From Oscillospiraceae bacterium (GTDB taxonomy: Bacteria > Bacillota > Clostridia > Oscillospirales > Ruminococcaceae), in NCBI GenBank assembly GCA_045606505.1, contig JAZUSC010000050.1, forward strand, positions 35,320 through 99,319: DNA of 64,000 bases, given 5' to 3'. The notes beneath the pieces were generated by a model. The model worked only from the letters and a program-made list of their open reading frames with translations, was not told where the DNA came from and did no database searches. The position numbers and the translations under genes were made by a program. This document shows positions 28,484-38,770 of this stretch, piece by piece (position 1 is the stretch's first letter; the number at the start of each line of letters is the position of its first letter).

Positions 28484-29709
28484 TATAAATTCACCTTGAT
28501 TATCTCGTCAAAGCCCTGCTGCTTTACTCTGCTGTATACCTTGTCTATCTTCTTGGGGTTAGGCACGAGAACAAGCGTTACATCGCTGTCTGCTTCAAGC
28601 TCGGAGGACTTTGCGATAGCGTCAAGGATATCCTCGCTCTTATAGAGGATAGCTGTCTTTTTGCGTGTGCCTGCAAGCTGGATATTGTTCTCCTGTACAA
28701 TGGAGAAGATACGCTCAAAGCCAATGGAGAAGCCTACCGCAGGAACTGTATCGCCTGTAAATCTGCCGATGAGGTTATCGTAACGTCCGCCGCCTGCAAC
28801 TGTGCCGCCGAACTGCTTACTTGCTACCTCGAATACTGTGCCTGTATAGTAGCCCTGACCTCTTACAAGGGAGGGGTCGAACTCAACGGTGTAGCCGTCA
28901 GACAGCTTGTCTGCTGTTTCAATAATGGTACGAAGCTGTTCGAGAATATCCTTTGCATCCTCGGAACAGTACTGTGCCATATCATCAAGGGTCAGTCTGC
29001 CCTTTTCAAGCAGGGCTGTGAGTGACTTTATAGCCTCCTCGGGCATACCCTTTTCGGTAAGCTCTGCGGCAACACCCTCTGCACCTATCTTGTCAAGTTT
29101 ATCAAAGGACACGGAAACAGTATCAAGGCACTCCTCGGGGAAGCCCATTGTCATAAGGGAGTTACGCAGTACACGTCTGTCGTTTACACGCACTGTAAAC
29201 TCGCCTATGCCTATCTTGGTAAGAGCCTTTGCGGTAACGGAGATAAGCTCTATCTCATTTACATAACTGTCAGAGCCTAAGATATCTATATCACACTGCA
29301 CGAACTCACGAAGTCTGCCACGCTGGGGACGCTCTGCACGGTATACCTTGTCTATCTGGATTACCTTAAAGGGGTTTGGCAGACTGTTGCGGTTGTTTGC
29401 GTAGTAACGTGACAGGGGGAGTGTAAGGTCATAACGAAGTCCTAAGTCGCACAGCTCCTTTTCGTCAACGGGAGTCTTAGCAAGGGCGGAGGCAAGTTTG
29501 TCGCCTCTCTTCATAATGCGGAAGATAAGGTTGAGGTTATCGCCGCCGTCACTCTTGTCGAGGTTCTCTGCACTCTCAACAGCGGGAGTGTAGATGCGTG
29601 TAAAACCGCTCTTTGTATAGGTGTCGAGAATGATGTTCATAAGGCGGTCACGCTGAGCCGCCGCTTCGGGAAGGTATTCCTGCATACCCTTCTGAGGTTT
29701 GATGTTCAT
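28483..29709 (-). CDS. hisS: Histidyl-tRNA synthetase
   Basis: LRYDLT, YRAERPQRGRLREFVQCDID, LVRGQGYYTG, GGGRYD. Confidence 0.9.
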   Translation of the reverse strand: MNIKPQKGMQEYLPEAAAQRDRLMNIILDTYTKSGFTRIYTPAVESAENLDKSDGGDNLNLIFRIMKRGDKLASALAKTPVDEKELCDLGLRYDLTLPLSRYYANNRNSLPNPFKVIQIDKVYRAERPQRGRLREFVQCDIDILGSDSYVNEIELISVTAKALTKIGIGEFTVRVNDRRVLRNSLMTMGFPEECLDTVSVSFDKLDKIGAEGVAAELTEKGMPEEAIKSLTALLEKGRLTLDDMAQYCSEDAKDILEQLRTIIETADKLSDGYTVEFDPSLVRGQGYYTGTVFEVASKQFGGTVAGGGRYDNLIGRFTGDTVPAVGFSIGFERIFSIVQENNIQLAGTRKKTAILYKSEDILDAIAKSSELEADSDVTLVLVPNPKKIDKVYSRVKQQGFDEIIKVNL

Positions 29710-29812
29710 AGTTGTTTTTCCTTTCGTAATTAAGTTCTTTTTTATAGCATAAATATACTTTTATATCATACCATAATTCTCCGTAAAAATCAAGCAGATC
29801 ACCACATAAAAC

Positions 29813-29844
29813 AAAAAAGCGTACCCATAGCACAGGTACGCTTT
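29813..29844 (-). terminator. Terminator after mgsA
   Basis: aaagcgtacc/ggtacgcttt stem with a T tract on the minus strand. Confidence 0.75.
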
Positions 29845-29862
29845 ATTTTCCGAAAATAATTC

Positions 29863-30261
29863 TTAGCTACGCATATATTCACGCCAGTCAAGGTCGCCAC
29901 GTTCAAGGGCGTGAATAAGTGCCTCAGCTGTTGCAATATTGGTAGCAACGGGAATATTATGCACGTCGCAAAGACGCAGAAGATTTATATCGTTCGGCTC
30001 GTGTGACTTTGCATTGAGCGGGTCACGGAAGAATATGAGCAAGTCGATCTCGTTGCAGGAGATACTGGACGCAAGTTGCTGATCGCCGCCCTGAGAGCCG
30101 CTTAAAAATCTCTGGATATGTAATCCTGTGGCTTCGGAAACAAGCTTACCGGTAGTACCTGTTGCACAGATACTATGTCGGCTGAGTACACCGCAGTATG
30201 CGATGCAGAACTGAACCATAAGCTCTTTCTTGGAATCGTGTGCGATAAGTGCGATATGCAT
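29863..30261 (-). CDS. mgsA: Methylglyoxal synthase
   Basis: [36 protein letters not shown]. Confidence 0.95.
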   Translation of the reverse strand: MHIALIAHDSKKELMVQFCIAYCGVLSRHSICATGTTGKLVSEATGLHIQRFLSGSQGGDQQLASSISCNEIDLLIFFRDPLNAKSHEPNDINLLRLCDVHNIPVATNIATAEALIHALERGDLDWREYMRS

Positions 30262-30282
30262 TTGGAGTTCCCTCCCTAAAAT

Positions 30283-31020
30283 TTAGTTTATGTTGATAGT
30301 CAGCGGAACTTCATCGCCGACAATTCTTCTTGCGATAGCTGCGTAAGCCTTTGCACCGCCACAGTTGGGAGGAAGAGGCTCACCCTTTGCACCGCAAACC
30401 TTGATATTTACGTCCTCAGGTACAACACCGATAAGCGGGATACCTACGTTATCCATAACCTCGTCAAGGTCGTAGAGGATATCCTCGTCCTTGAAGTTGG
30501 GGCTTACCTTGTTGATAACAAGACGCTGGTTTGTACAATTCTTTACATAAAGGAAGTCAGACAGGATAGCACCGTCACGTACACAGACTGTATCAGGTGT
30601 CGTTACCATAAGGATAAGCTCAGCAGCCTTGATAACGCTGAATACGGAACTGCCGATACCTGCGGTATCCATAATGATGTAGTCGAAGTGCTTACGCATC
30701 TCCTCACATACTTCCATAATCTTTTCGGGATTTATCTCAATAAACGGGTTTCGTGTAGCACATACAAGATACAGATTATCTACACGGTCTACCTTTGTGG
30801 TGGCTGTGAGGATATCTATTTTGCCCTCTAAATATTCACCGATGTCGTGCTTTACCTTATCCTTGATGCCAAGCATAATATCCTGACATCTCAGACCGAA
30901 GTCAAGCTCCACTACAAGAGTCTTCTTACCGAGTGACGCAAGTGCAGTCGCAACATTGGCTGATGTTGTAGACTTACCTGTACCGCCCTTACCCGCAGTT
31001 ACTGCAATGATCTGTGACAT
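30283..31020 (-). CDS. minD: Septum site-determining ATPase MinD
   Basis: Deviant Walker A GKGGTGKST, ELDFGLRCQD, VTTPD..CVRDG, VPED. Confidence 0.85.
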   Translation of the reverse strand: MSQIIAVTAGKGGTGKSTTSANVATALASLGKKTLVVELDFGLRCQDIMLGIKDKVKHDIGEYLEGKIDILTATTKVDRVDNLYLVCATRNPFIEINPEKIMEVCEEMRKHFDYIIMDTAGIGSSVFSVIKAAELILMVTTPDTVCVRDGAILSDFLYVKNCTNQRLVINKVSPNFKDEDILYDLDEVMDNVGIPLIGVVPEDVNIKVCGAKGEPLPPNCGGAKAYAAIARRIVGDEVPLTININ

Positions 31021-31216
31021 ATCTTTCCCCTCTCTGAGCATAAAGCTCTGTCTTTCTATATCGCATAGAAATCATTATATTATTATCTGATATCATTTTA
31101 TCACAAAAAAAACAATATGAAAAGACCTTTTTGTTAATATTGCAAAAATTTGTGAATTTTCAGCAATAAACACAAAAAATTTTTGTGCATTATGCAACAC
31201 ATTCTTTGGAAACGTC

Positions 31217-33268
31217 TTACAATGCGTCAACAGCGTTTCCGTCCTCATCGTATTCGGGATCAAATTCGCCCGTAACGTAAGCACCGATAATGTTTGCCGC
31301 AATGTGACGGCTGTACTCAGCCTCCTCCATAAGCACACCGAAGGCTATTTCGGGATCGTCAGCAGGATAGAAACCGACTATTGCAGAATTGAACACATCA
31401 ACGCTCTTCTGCGGAGTACCCGTCTTGGTTGCGACCTCGCCGCCTACTCCCTTGTAGTCGTAGATGTTCACCCACATTCCATCAACAATGAAGTTTGCGG
31501 AGTTGGATACCATTTTCATACCCTCTGTTACAGTTTCAAACACCTCTTTATACTCCGACATATCCTCCGCAACGACAGGCTTTGTTTCGCTGATAAGCTC
31601 TGTATAGTCGTAGTTGTAAACAGCCTTTACGATGTACGGCTTGTAGCGTATGCCCTTGTTTGCAATGGTCATAGCCTGCACCGCCATATGGAGAGGCGTT
31701 AAAAGTGTTTCAGACTGACCTATTCCTGCCTGAACGATATCGCCGTTGTTCCAGGTGAGTCCCAGCTTTTCGTAAACCTCCATAGAGGTCATCTGACCTG
31801 TTTCCATACTAAGCTCAAAGCCAAGGTCTGTGCCTACTCCGAATCTTGCCGCCCAGTTAGCGAGAGTATCTATTCCCATAAGCCTTGCTGTTTCGTAGAA
31901 GAAGATATTGCAGGAGTGCCGCAGAGCGTTCTCCACGTCAAGGTCGCCGTGACCCGAGCGAAGATGACAATGCGGAGTAAAACCGCCGCCGTAATGATAA
32001 TAAGTACCGCCGCAATAAATAGCGGTCTCATCGGTTATAACTCCCTCAGCAAGACCGGCTGTTGCAGTTATTGTCTTGAAGGTAGAGCCGGGGCGGAAAG
32101 TTCCGCTCAAAGCACGGTTGAAGATAGGCGAATCCTCTGCATTCAGCACTGCCTCGTAATTCTCGACAAGCTCGTTTATATCGTAGCCTGGGGTACTTGC
32201 AAGTCCAAGCACTGCTCCTGTCTTTACGTCAAGCACTACCGCCGCACCTGTTGTACACTCCTTACCTCTTGTATCCTGAGTGTAATGTGGAGAATGCATA
32301 AAGTTTACATAGTGTTCCAGTATATGTTGGAGATTTTTCTGAAAATTGCTGTCAATAGTCAGCATTACGCTGTTTCCGGCGACAGGCTCTTTGGTTATCT
32401 CGTCGGCAAGTTCCGTTCCGTCTGAGCTTCTGGTGATCGTTCTTGTACCACGCTCACCTCTCAGAGTGTCTTCCAGTGCGGATTCCACGCCCGAAAGACC
32501 GATAATGTCATTCATCGTGTAACCTGAGCTTTTAAGCTCTGCATACTCCTCGGCGGAGATTGCACCGACAGTACCTCTGATATGGGGAGCAAGCTCGCCG
32601 TCAAGGTATACCCTGCTCCAATCCTCAGTAATGTCAACTCCCGGGAGAAGATGACTGAGCTCTTTCAGTTCAAGCACCGTCTTATCCGAAATATCCTTTG
32701 CCAGTACATATTTATTCTGATAGGAGAAGTCCTTTATCTGCATCTCGTAACGAACGCCTGCAATATAGCGACGCATCTGCTCGTCGTAATCCTCGGATAT
32801 CTCATAGGTCTTGTAAAGCTCGTGCATACAGTTTTCCACCGTAGCATAGACGCCGAGGTTAAGCTCCTTTCTGAGCGTGTCTATCTGAGTATCCTTTCCC
32901 GAAAGGAATGTATAGGGTGCAGTCTTTGATATGGGGATAGATTCGTTCCATTCCTCGCCGTTTTCGATAAGTACCGTCAGCACACGGTATATTATCTCAT
33001 TCTCCGTACCCGTTGTAAGTGACGACCTTTGGAGATTAACGCTGTAACTTATCTTGTTTGTGTTTATGACGTTGCCGTTGCAGTCGGCTATCCTGCCCCT
33101 TGCCGCCTCGATATCCTGACGTGCGGTATAGGTGCTTTTGGTAAGTGCAAGATACATCTCACCGTCGGCTATCTGTATTTCAAGCAGCCTTAATCCGCAC
33201 ATAAACGACGCTACTATAACAATAGCCGCAAGTACTGCGGAACGTACGAAACCCGAAAATTTTGACAT
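31217..33268 (-). CDS. Class B penicillin-binding protein (PBP2/MrdA-like)
   Basis: AARGRIADCNG, PGSTFK (SxxK), HSCN (SxN), KTGT; follows mreD. Confidence 0.92.
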   Translation of the reverse strand: MSKFSGFVRSAVLAAIVIVASFMCGLRLLEIQIADGEMYLALTKSTYTARQDIEAARGRIADCNGNVINTNKISYSVNLQRSSLTTGTENEIIYRVLTVLIENGEEWNESIPISKTAPYTFLSGKDTQIDTLRKELNLGVYATVENCMHELYKTYEISEDYDEQMRRYIAGVRYEMQIKDFSYQNKYVLAKDISDKTVLELKELSHLLPGVDITEDWSRVYLDGELAPHIRGTVGAISAEEYAELKSSGYTMNDIIGLSGVESALEDTLRGERGTRTITRSSDGTELADEITKEPVAGNSVMLTIDSNFQKNLQHILEHYVNFMHSPHYTQDTRGKECTTGAAVVLDVKTGAVLGLASTPGYDINELVENYEAVLNAEDSPIFNRALSGTFRPGSTFKTITATAGLAEGVITDETAIYCGGTYYHYGGGFTPHCHLRSGHGDLDVENALRHSCNIFFYETARLMGIDTLANWAARFGVGTDLGFELSMETGQMTSMEVYEKLGLTWNNGDIVQAGIGQSETLLTPLHMAVQAMTIANKGIRYKPYIVKAVYNYDYTELISETKPVVAEDMSEYKEVFETVTEGMKMVSNSANFIVDGMWVNIYDYKGVGGEVATKTGTPQKSVDVFNSAIVGFYPADDPEIAFGVLMEEAEYSRHIAANIIGAYVTGEFDPEYDEDGNAVDAL

Positions 33269-33286
33269 TTTGCCTCCAAATATATA

Positions 33287-33982
33287 TCAGCCTTTGTAAA
33301 GGCTCTTCCTCGTTTCTATAAGGTGCTTTACCCTTGCACAGGCATTAAGGTGCAGCATTGTATGTCTTGTGGGCGGCATAAGCAGAAGTCCCGCAATATC
33401 CTTACCCGACCAATAATCAAGCAGCCACAGCGACTGTTCCTTGTCAGTAACTCCGCCACACTCCGCTATCCTTATTATATCCTCCTGTGATACCTTTCGC
33501 CGCATATCTTCATAAGAGAGTGCCGCAACAACATCTCTTGTACGAGCGGCAACAACATTCCTATAATCCAGCAATGCTTTTACATCTGCCGCTTTGCTGA
33601 AATCTATCATCTCTTCATCGGTCATTGCGTTGCCCGTGTCTGTCACTGGTGAGCCTATACGCTCCCTCCAACTGTCGTCAAACAGCTGTTCATTCCGTGC
33701 GATAAGCATATTGACCGTGATGTCCTCTATACGGGCGATATGCCACAACGACCAGGCTATCGTTTCATCCTTTGCAGTGGGCATTACAGCGAAGCTGCTT
33801 TCGGGCAGACCGCAAAAAAGTCTGCTTACCTCATTGTCACAGCCGCCGTACACACAGGGCATATTGACCGCAGCGTGTATCTCTGAAAACAAAGACTTAG
33901 CCTGTTCCAAATATTCCTTTTTGCGTATTATCCTGCTCAGTGCCGAGTGCTTTTCGCTGAGTCCCGCCCCGAAGTATTTCAT
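33287..33982 (-). CDS. DinB-family protein
   Basis: TIAWSLWHIARIED and RHTMLHLN provide a His triad typical of DinB four-helix bundles. Confidence 0.75.
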   Translation of the reverse strand: MKYFGAGLSEKHSALSRIIRKKEYLEQAKSLFSEIHAAVNMPCVYGGCDNEVSRLFCGLPESSFAVMPTAKDETIAWSLWHIARIEDITVNMLIARNEQLFDDSWRERIGSPVTDTGNAMTDEEMIDFSKAADVKALLDYRNVVAARTRDVVAALSYEDMRRKVSQEDIIRIAECGGVTDKEQSLWLLDYWSGKDIAGLLLMPPTRHTMLHLNACARVKHLIETRKSLYKG

Positions 33983-33988
33983 AACAGG

Positions 33989-34588
33989 TCACTCTCTCAC
34001 TATCTCTGCGTTGTCCTCTGCTGTCTGTGCGGATTCTTCAAGGCGACGCTGCTCCTTAGGACGCATCTTCACAGATATCAGCCACACAAGGAGATAAACA
34101 GGCAGAGCCGCAACCACCGCACCGATATATGCGGGAAGCAGCGAGCGTACAAAGGTTATGCCCGACTCCGCACCCTCCCATACCCAGTGACGGAAAAGGA
34201 AATCAAGAAAGCACATAAATACCGTAACCGCAAGGTTGAGTATAAAATGACTCAGGATATTCCTCTTTATATAAAACTGGGAAAGTATCGAGATAACAGG
34301 ACACAATGCAAGTAACCACAACGAGGAAAAACCCGCCATAGCTCCTGAGCCTATGTCCATCATAAGTCCGCAGAATACACCGAAAACGGCTGCCGCAAGT
34401 TCCCCTTCAAACATTGCAACAGCAGTCGCAAGGGGTATCAACAGCAGGGGGCAAAAGCCCTGCATAAGCGGATTTGTAAACCATAAATAAAAAATGAGCA
34501 AAGCTGTCGCATAGAGAAGCCAACGCAGAAATCCACGCAGCATCACTCTCCGTGACCGTGCCTTGCTCCTGGAAGATATCATTTTCAT
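33989..34588 (-). CDS. mreD: Rod shape-determining protein MreD
   Basis: Hydrophobic, FGVFCGLMMD motif, follows mreC. Confidence 0.8.
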   Translation of the reverse strand: MKMISSRSKARSRRVMLRGFLRWLLYATALLIFYLWFTNPLMQGFCPLLLIPLATAVAMFEGELAAAVFGVFCGLMMDIGSGAMAGFSSLWLLALCPVISILSQFYIKRNILSHFILNLAVTVFMCFLDFLFRHWVWEGAESGITFVRSLLPAYIGAVVAALPVYLLVWLISVKMRPKEQRRLEESAQTAEDNAEIVRE

Positions 34589-34599
34589 AATCTATCCTT

Positions 34600-35463
34600 T
34601 TAATCTGTTATACCAAAGGAAAGTCCCTTACCGTCGAAATCTACTACGGCAAACACTGTAACAGCGTCAAAGCTGTTTTCCGTCGGCTCTATAAGTGCGT
34701 GTTTGGAAAGTCCGTTGGGGTCGTCATATACCTCTTTTACAACACCCACGATAACGCCCTTAGGGAAAAGTCCGCTGCCGCCCGATGTGGCAACGATATC
34801 GCCCACCATTATGTCGGCGTCTTTAAGGATATTGCTCATAAGGCAAAGTCCATTCTGTGCACTTGTAAGGTCGTTTTCGATAACACCTGTCGCCTTAGAC
34901 CTCATAGAGAAAACACCTACGCTCATCTGAGGCGAAAGCACGGTGGTCACCCTTGAATAGTTAGGAGCTATCTCAGATACCCTGCCGATAAGTCCCACAG
35001 GGGTGATTATAGGGTCGTACAGAGAGATACCATCGTCGCTGCCCCTGTTTATCGTAAAGCCGCCGTAGATATCATTTGCATTTCTTGCAACGATATCGCA
35101 GGGGTCGGAGAATACAAAGCTTTCATTCTCCTCTTTAAGACCCAGCATTTCTCTAAGCAGCTTGTTTTCCTCTTTAAGTTCCTCGTAGTCAACGGTAGCC
35201 TTGTACATCTCGCTTAATTCCGCACGCAGCTCGTCATTCTGCTGCTTGTAGCTGTCAGCATTGACAAGCTTGTCGATAAAGCCGCCTACTCCGTCCGAGA
35301 TAGCGTTTGCCGCTGTAACAAAGGGATAAGTAACTGTATTTATTATCTGCTCGGGTACTGTTGCAAAGCCTCCCGAAACAGCCACATAAGTCAGAAGACC
35401 CAACAAGAGAGCCGCAATGCCTATGAGAATTTTAAACTTTACGCTATGAAAAAACTCTTTCAT
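34600..35463 (-). CDS. mreC: Rod shape-determining protein MreC
   Basis: N-terminal TM, coiled coil ENKLLREML, INRGSDDGI, GLIGRV, TSGGSGLFPKG. Confidence 0.93.
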   Translation of the reverse strand: MKEFFHSVKFKILIGIAALLLGLLTYVAVSGGFATVPEQIINTVTYPFVTAANAISDGVGGFIDKLVNADSYKQQNDELRAELSEMYKATVDYEELKEENKLLREMLGLKEENESFVFSDPCDIVARNANDIYGGFTINRGSDDGISLYDPIITPVGLIGRVSEIAPNYSRVTTVLSPQMSVGVFSMRSKATGVIENDLTSAQNGLCLMSNILKDADIMVGDIVATSGGSGLFPKGVIVGVVKEVYDDPNGLSKHALIEPTENSFDAVTVFAVVDFDGKGLSFGITD

Positions 35464-35533
35464 TACTCTCCCCCGATAATTCCTCTATCTTAACACAGGG
35501 ATACGGCTGCCCATATCCCTGTGTACATTTCTA

Positions 35534-36553
35534 TCAATAAATGCTGTCGTCCTCGCTGAGTACGTCTTCAAGCTTGTCAATATTTTCAAGAACCTTGCCT
35601 GTACCGTCTGCTACGCAGTCAAGGGGATGCTCTGCAATCTTTACAGGCATACCTGTTTCCTCGTGGATAAGCATATCAAGTCCTCTGAGAAGTGCACCGC
35701 CGCCCGCAAGCATAATGCCGCTCTCGATAATATCCGCAGCAAGTTCGGGGGGAGTCTTTTCAAGAGTTGTCTTGATAGCCTCGATAACGTGTGCAAGAGG
35801 CTCGGAGATAGCCTCACGTATCTCCTCGCTGGTAACGGTGATGTTCTCAGGCAGACCGTTGAGCAGGTTTCTACCCTTGATATCCATTACAGGCTCATTA
35901 TCGCAGGTCTTGTATGCAGAGCCGATACCTGTCTTGATGTTTTCCGCTGTTCTCTCACCGATAAGGAGATTGTACTTCTTCTTGATGTAGTTGATGATAG
36001 CAGAATCAAAGTCATCGCCTGCTACTCTCTCGGAACGTGCTGTTACGATACCGCCGAGGGAGATGATAGCAACTTCACTTGTACCGCCGCCGATATCAAC
36101 GATCATACTGCCAACAGGTTCAGCAACGGGAAGTCCAGCACCGATAGCAGCAGCCATAGGCTCCTCGATAATGGAAACACGCTTTGCACCTGCGTTCTGT
36201 GCAGCCTCTTTAACGGCACGACGCTCTACCTCTGTAACGCCAGATGGGATACAGATGATAACTCTTGCTCTGCCTCTGCCTTTGAGAGCCTTTTTAATGA
36301 ACTGTTCAAGCATACTGGAAGTCATATCGAAGTCTGCGATAACGCCATCCTTTAAGGGTCTTACAGCAACGATAGAGCCGGGAGTACGACCGATAACGTC
36401 CTTTGCCTCTTGACCTACATAGCGTACGCATTGCAGCTTCTTATCCACCGCAACAACGGAGGGCTCACGAATGATGATGCCCTTGCCTCTCATATATACC
36501 AGTGTGTTTGCGGTACCGAGGTCGATACCGATATCCTTGCTTATTCCGAACAT
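35534..36553 (-). CDS. mreB: Actin-like rod shape protein MreB
   Basis: [44 protein letters not shown]. Confidence 0.97.
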   Translation of the reverse strand: MFGISKDIGIDLGTANTLVYMRGKGIIIREPSVVAVDKKLQCVRYVGQEAKDVIGRTPGSIVAVRPLKDGVIADFDMTSSMLEQFIKKALKGRGRARVIICIPSGVTEVERRAVKEAAQNAGAKRVSIIEEPMAAAIGAGLPVAEPVGSMIVDIGGGTSEVAIISLGGIVTARSERVAGDDFDSAIINYIKKKYNLLIGERTAENIKTGIGSAYKTCDNEPVMDIKGRNLLNGLPENITVTSEEIREAISEPLAHVIEAIKTTLEKTPPELAADIIESGIMLAGGGALLRGLDMLIHEETGMPVKIAEHPLDCVADGTGKVLENIDKLEDVLSEDDSIY

Positions 36554-36742
36554 ACTTCTTTCTCCTTATATATAAATTAACAATTTTTATCGACAGTTAT
36601 GCCATATTAAACATCAACTAATTATACCACTATTTTGTGCAGAGGGCAATATATTATTTACATCAAATTTTTCGCTGAAAAAAGTTTTTTTTGGTACTTT
36701 ATCATAACGCATTGCTAAACAAAGCACCAAAAACCTTTTAAA

Positions 36743-38770
36743 TTACTCCGCTCCCCTGAAATACAATCCCCTTGTAAGGCTTCCTGAGGGCTTTTTATCG
36801 TGCAGATACATATCAAGCACAGGTGCAAGTTCTTTTTCATCTGTGAATTTCAGAAGTGCGAAATCAAACTGCGAAAGAGCATTCTGCTTGTCGCTCATAA
36901 TAAGCAGGTCGGGATTTAAAAGCTCTACGGAGTTTCCGCCGCAAAGTATCGGCATTTCATTTCCACGGCGGTCTTTTATACTTTTTCCACAGGGAGTTTC
37001 CGCATTACAAGTAGCACCGCCCGATATGGGACATCTCCTCATAGCCATAAGCGGAAGTCTGCCGTAGGCAAGTATTCCCCTCGGTACACCGCACTGTATC
37101 TGTGAAAGCTGAGCTACTGTACCCTCAAAGGAAAGCGTGATATCCGAAAGACCGAAATCCTCATAGAAATCTGCGGCATAGCTGTTTATTACATTGAGCC
37201 TGTAACCGCCCAGTATCTCAAAACCCTCTTCCTTTAAAAGCTGTGCGTGACCCAGTGTATGGGCAACACCCTTTGTAAATCCCGACTTTTTCAATATCTT
37301 TAAGCGGTTTCGTATCTCGTCCTCGCAATCTGCAAGAAACAGCGGAGGCACTACTGCAATACGGTCTTTCTGCTCTGTGTTTTCGCAAAGCAGCTTTATG
37401 GGTGCGTAGATAATCTCAAAGGGCAGCGACAATGCCTGTCTTAGCTGCTCACCGTCTGCCACCTCCGCACGATATCTGAGCCTTCCCGTGCTGCGTTTCT
37501 TCTGCGGTAAAGGTCTTTGCTCTGAAATTTTGTATTTCGGAGTATTCCTTTCAAGAATGAGTCTGTCAAGCTGCTCGCAAAGTGCTCTGCGGAGTGCGTT
37601 AAGCTCCGCCGCGGGAATAAACAGTCCCTCGTCAACATCTGCGGATATCTCACCCGCATAAAACTGAGTGCCGCCAAGCTTTGACATACGCTCAACAATG
37701 CTATCCTCTGTTGCCGCCGTCTTCTGAGCCGTCTGCGGCACCGCACCTGTAACACTTGCATAGATACCGCCGCACCTTGCACCGGCTGTAAGCGGCTGTC
37801 CTGCCTCAGCAGTGGTGTGGATATCCACGGACAAACGTGGCAGCTCGTCCTTGTACAGAGCTTTTATACCGCTCAAAGCCTTTGCGGAATTCTCCACGTC
37901 CTCCCTTGTGCGTATACCCTGCATATCCGACATAGTACCTGTAAAGTAGCTGTCGGTAAGTCCGCCCCTTGAAAAAATATCGCCAAGCCTTTCCTTATCG
38001 TAAGGCTCTCCCGCAAGGGACTTATAACAAGCGTCCGCTGTACAGGCAACATATTCGGGTCGTTTCATTCTGCCCTCCGTCTTAAAGGAGGCTATGCCCA
38101 TATCTGCCAACTCGGGGAGATGTGGTATTATCGAGCTATCTTTAAGCGAAATTACATTGTGCCTGTCGCCACAGGTGAAATCCAGTCGGCAGGGCTGAGC
38201 ACAAAGCCCCCTGTTACCGCTTCTGCCGCCGAAGATACTGCTCATATAGCACTGACCGCTTATCGACACGCATAATGCACCGTGTACGAATATTTCAAGC
38301 TCTGTATCCGTGTTATCCTTTATATGTTTTATCTGCTCCTTTGAAAGCTCACGTCCAAGCACAACACGGGAGAAACCAAGCTGCTCCGCCGCTTTCACTC
38401 CGCAAACACTGTTGAGGGTCATCTGTGTAGATGCGTGTATCGGCATATCGGGACAAACGCTTTTTAACAGAGCCGCCGCACCCAAATCCTGAATTATAAC
38501 ACCATCAACACCACATTCAGCAGCCGCTTTTACACAGGAGATAAACTCCTCCACCTCGCTATCAAATATTATTGTGTTGAGAGTAACATACAGCTTTACG
38601 CCACGGCGGTGACATTCCTCACAGGCTGTTTTAAGTTCCTCAACAGAAAAATTTTCGGCATTTTTACGTGCCGAAAACTGTTTCATTCCAACGTAAACTG
38701 CGTCGGCACCCGTATTGAGTGCCGCCGCAAGACTTTCCATACTTCCGCAGGGGGATAAAATCTCACTCAT
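36743..38770 (-). CDS. U32-family protein with C-terminal extension (RlhA-like RNA hydroxylation factor)
   Basis: GADAVYVG, EIFVHGALCVSISGQC, SGNRGLCAQPCR (Fe-S Cys), EGRMK, TRGLY. Confidence 0.88.
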   Translation of the reverse strand: MSEILSPCGSMESLAAALNTGADAVYVGMKQFSARKNAENFSVEELKTACEECHRRGVKLYVTLNTIIFDSEVEEFISCVKAAAECGVDGVIIQDLGAAALLKSVCPDMPIHASTQMTLNSVCGVKAAEQLGFSRVVLGRELSKEQIKHIKDNTDTELEIFVHGALCVSISGQCYMSSIFGGRSGNRGLCAQPCRLDFTCGDRHNVISLKDSSIIPHLPELADMGIASFKTEGRMKRPEYVACTADACYKSLAGEPYDKERLGDIFSRGGLTDSYFTGTMSDMQGIRTREDVENSAKALSGIKALYKDELPRLSVDIHTTAEAGQPLTAGARCGGIYASVTGAVPQTAQKTAATEDSIVERMSKLGGTQFYAGEISADVDEGLFIPAAELNALRRALCEQLDRLILERNTPKYKISEQRPLPQKKRSTGRLRYRAEVADGEQLRQALSLPFEIIYAPIKLLCENTEQKDRIAVVPPLFLADCEDEIRNRLKILKKSGFTKGVAHTLGHAQLLKEEGFEILGGYRLNVINSYAADFYEDFGLSDITLSFEGTVAQLSQIQCGVPRGILAYGRLPLMAMRRCPISGGATCNAETPCGKSIKDRRGNEMPILCGGNSVELLNPDLLIMSDKQNALSQFDFALLKFTDEKELAPVLDMYLHDKKPSGSLTRGLYFRGAE

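Noticed and set aside
28483-29709. HisZ (ATP-PRT regulatory subunit) as an alternative call
   Set aside because: Motif 2 (YRAERPQRGR), the His-binding loop (RGQGYYTG) and motif 3 are intact, and no his biosynthesis genes are adjacent
29710-29862. T-box leader upstream of hisS
   Set aside because: The space is too short after the mgsA terminator and promoter, and there is no AAGGTGGTACC-type T-box or specifier stem
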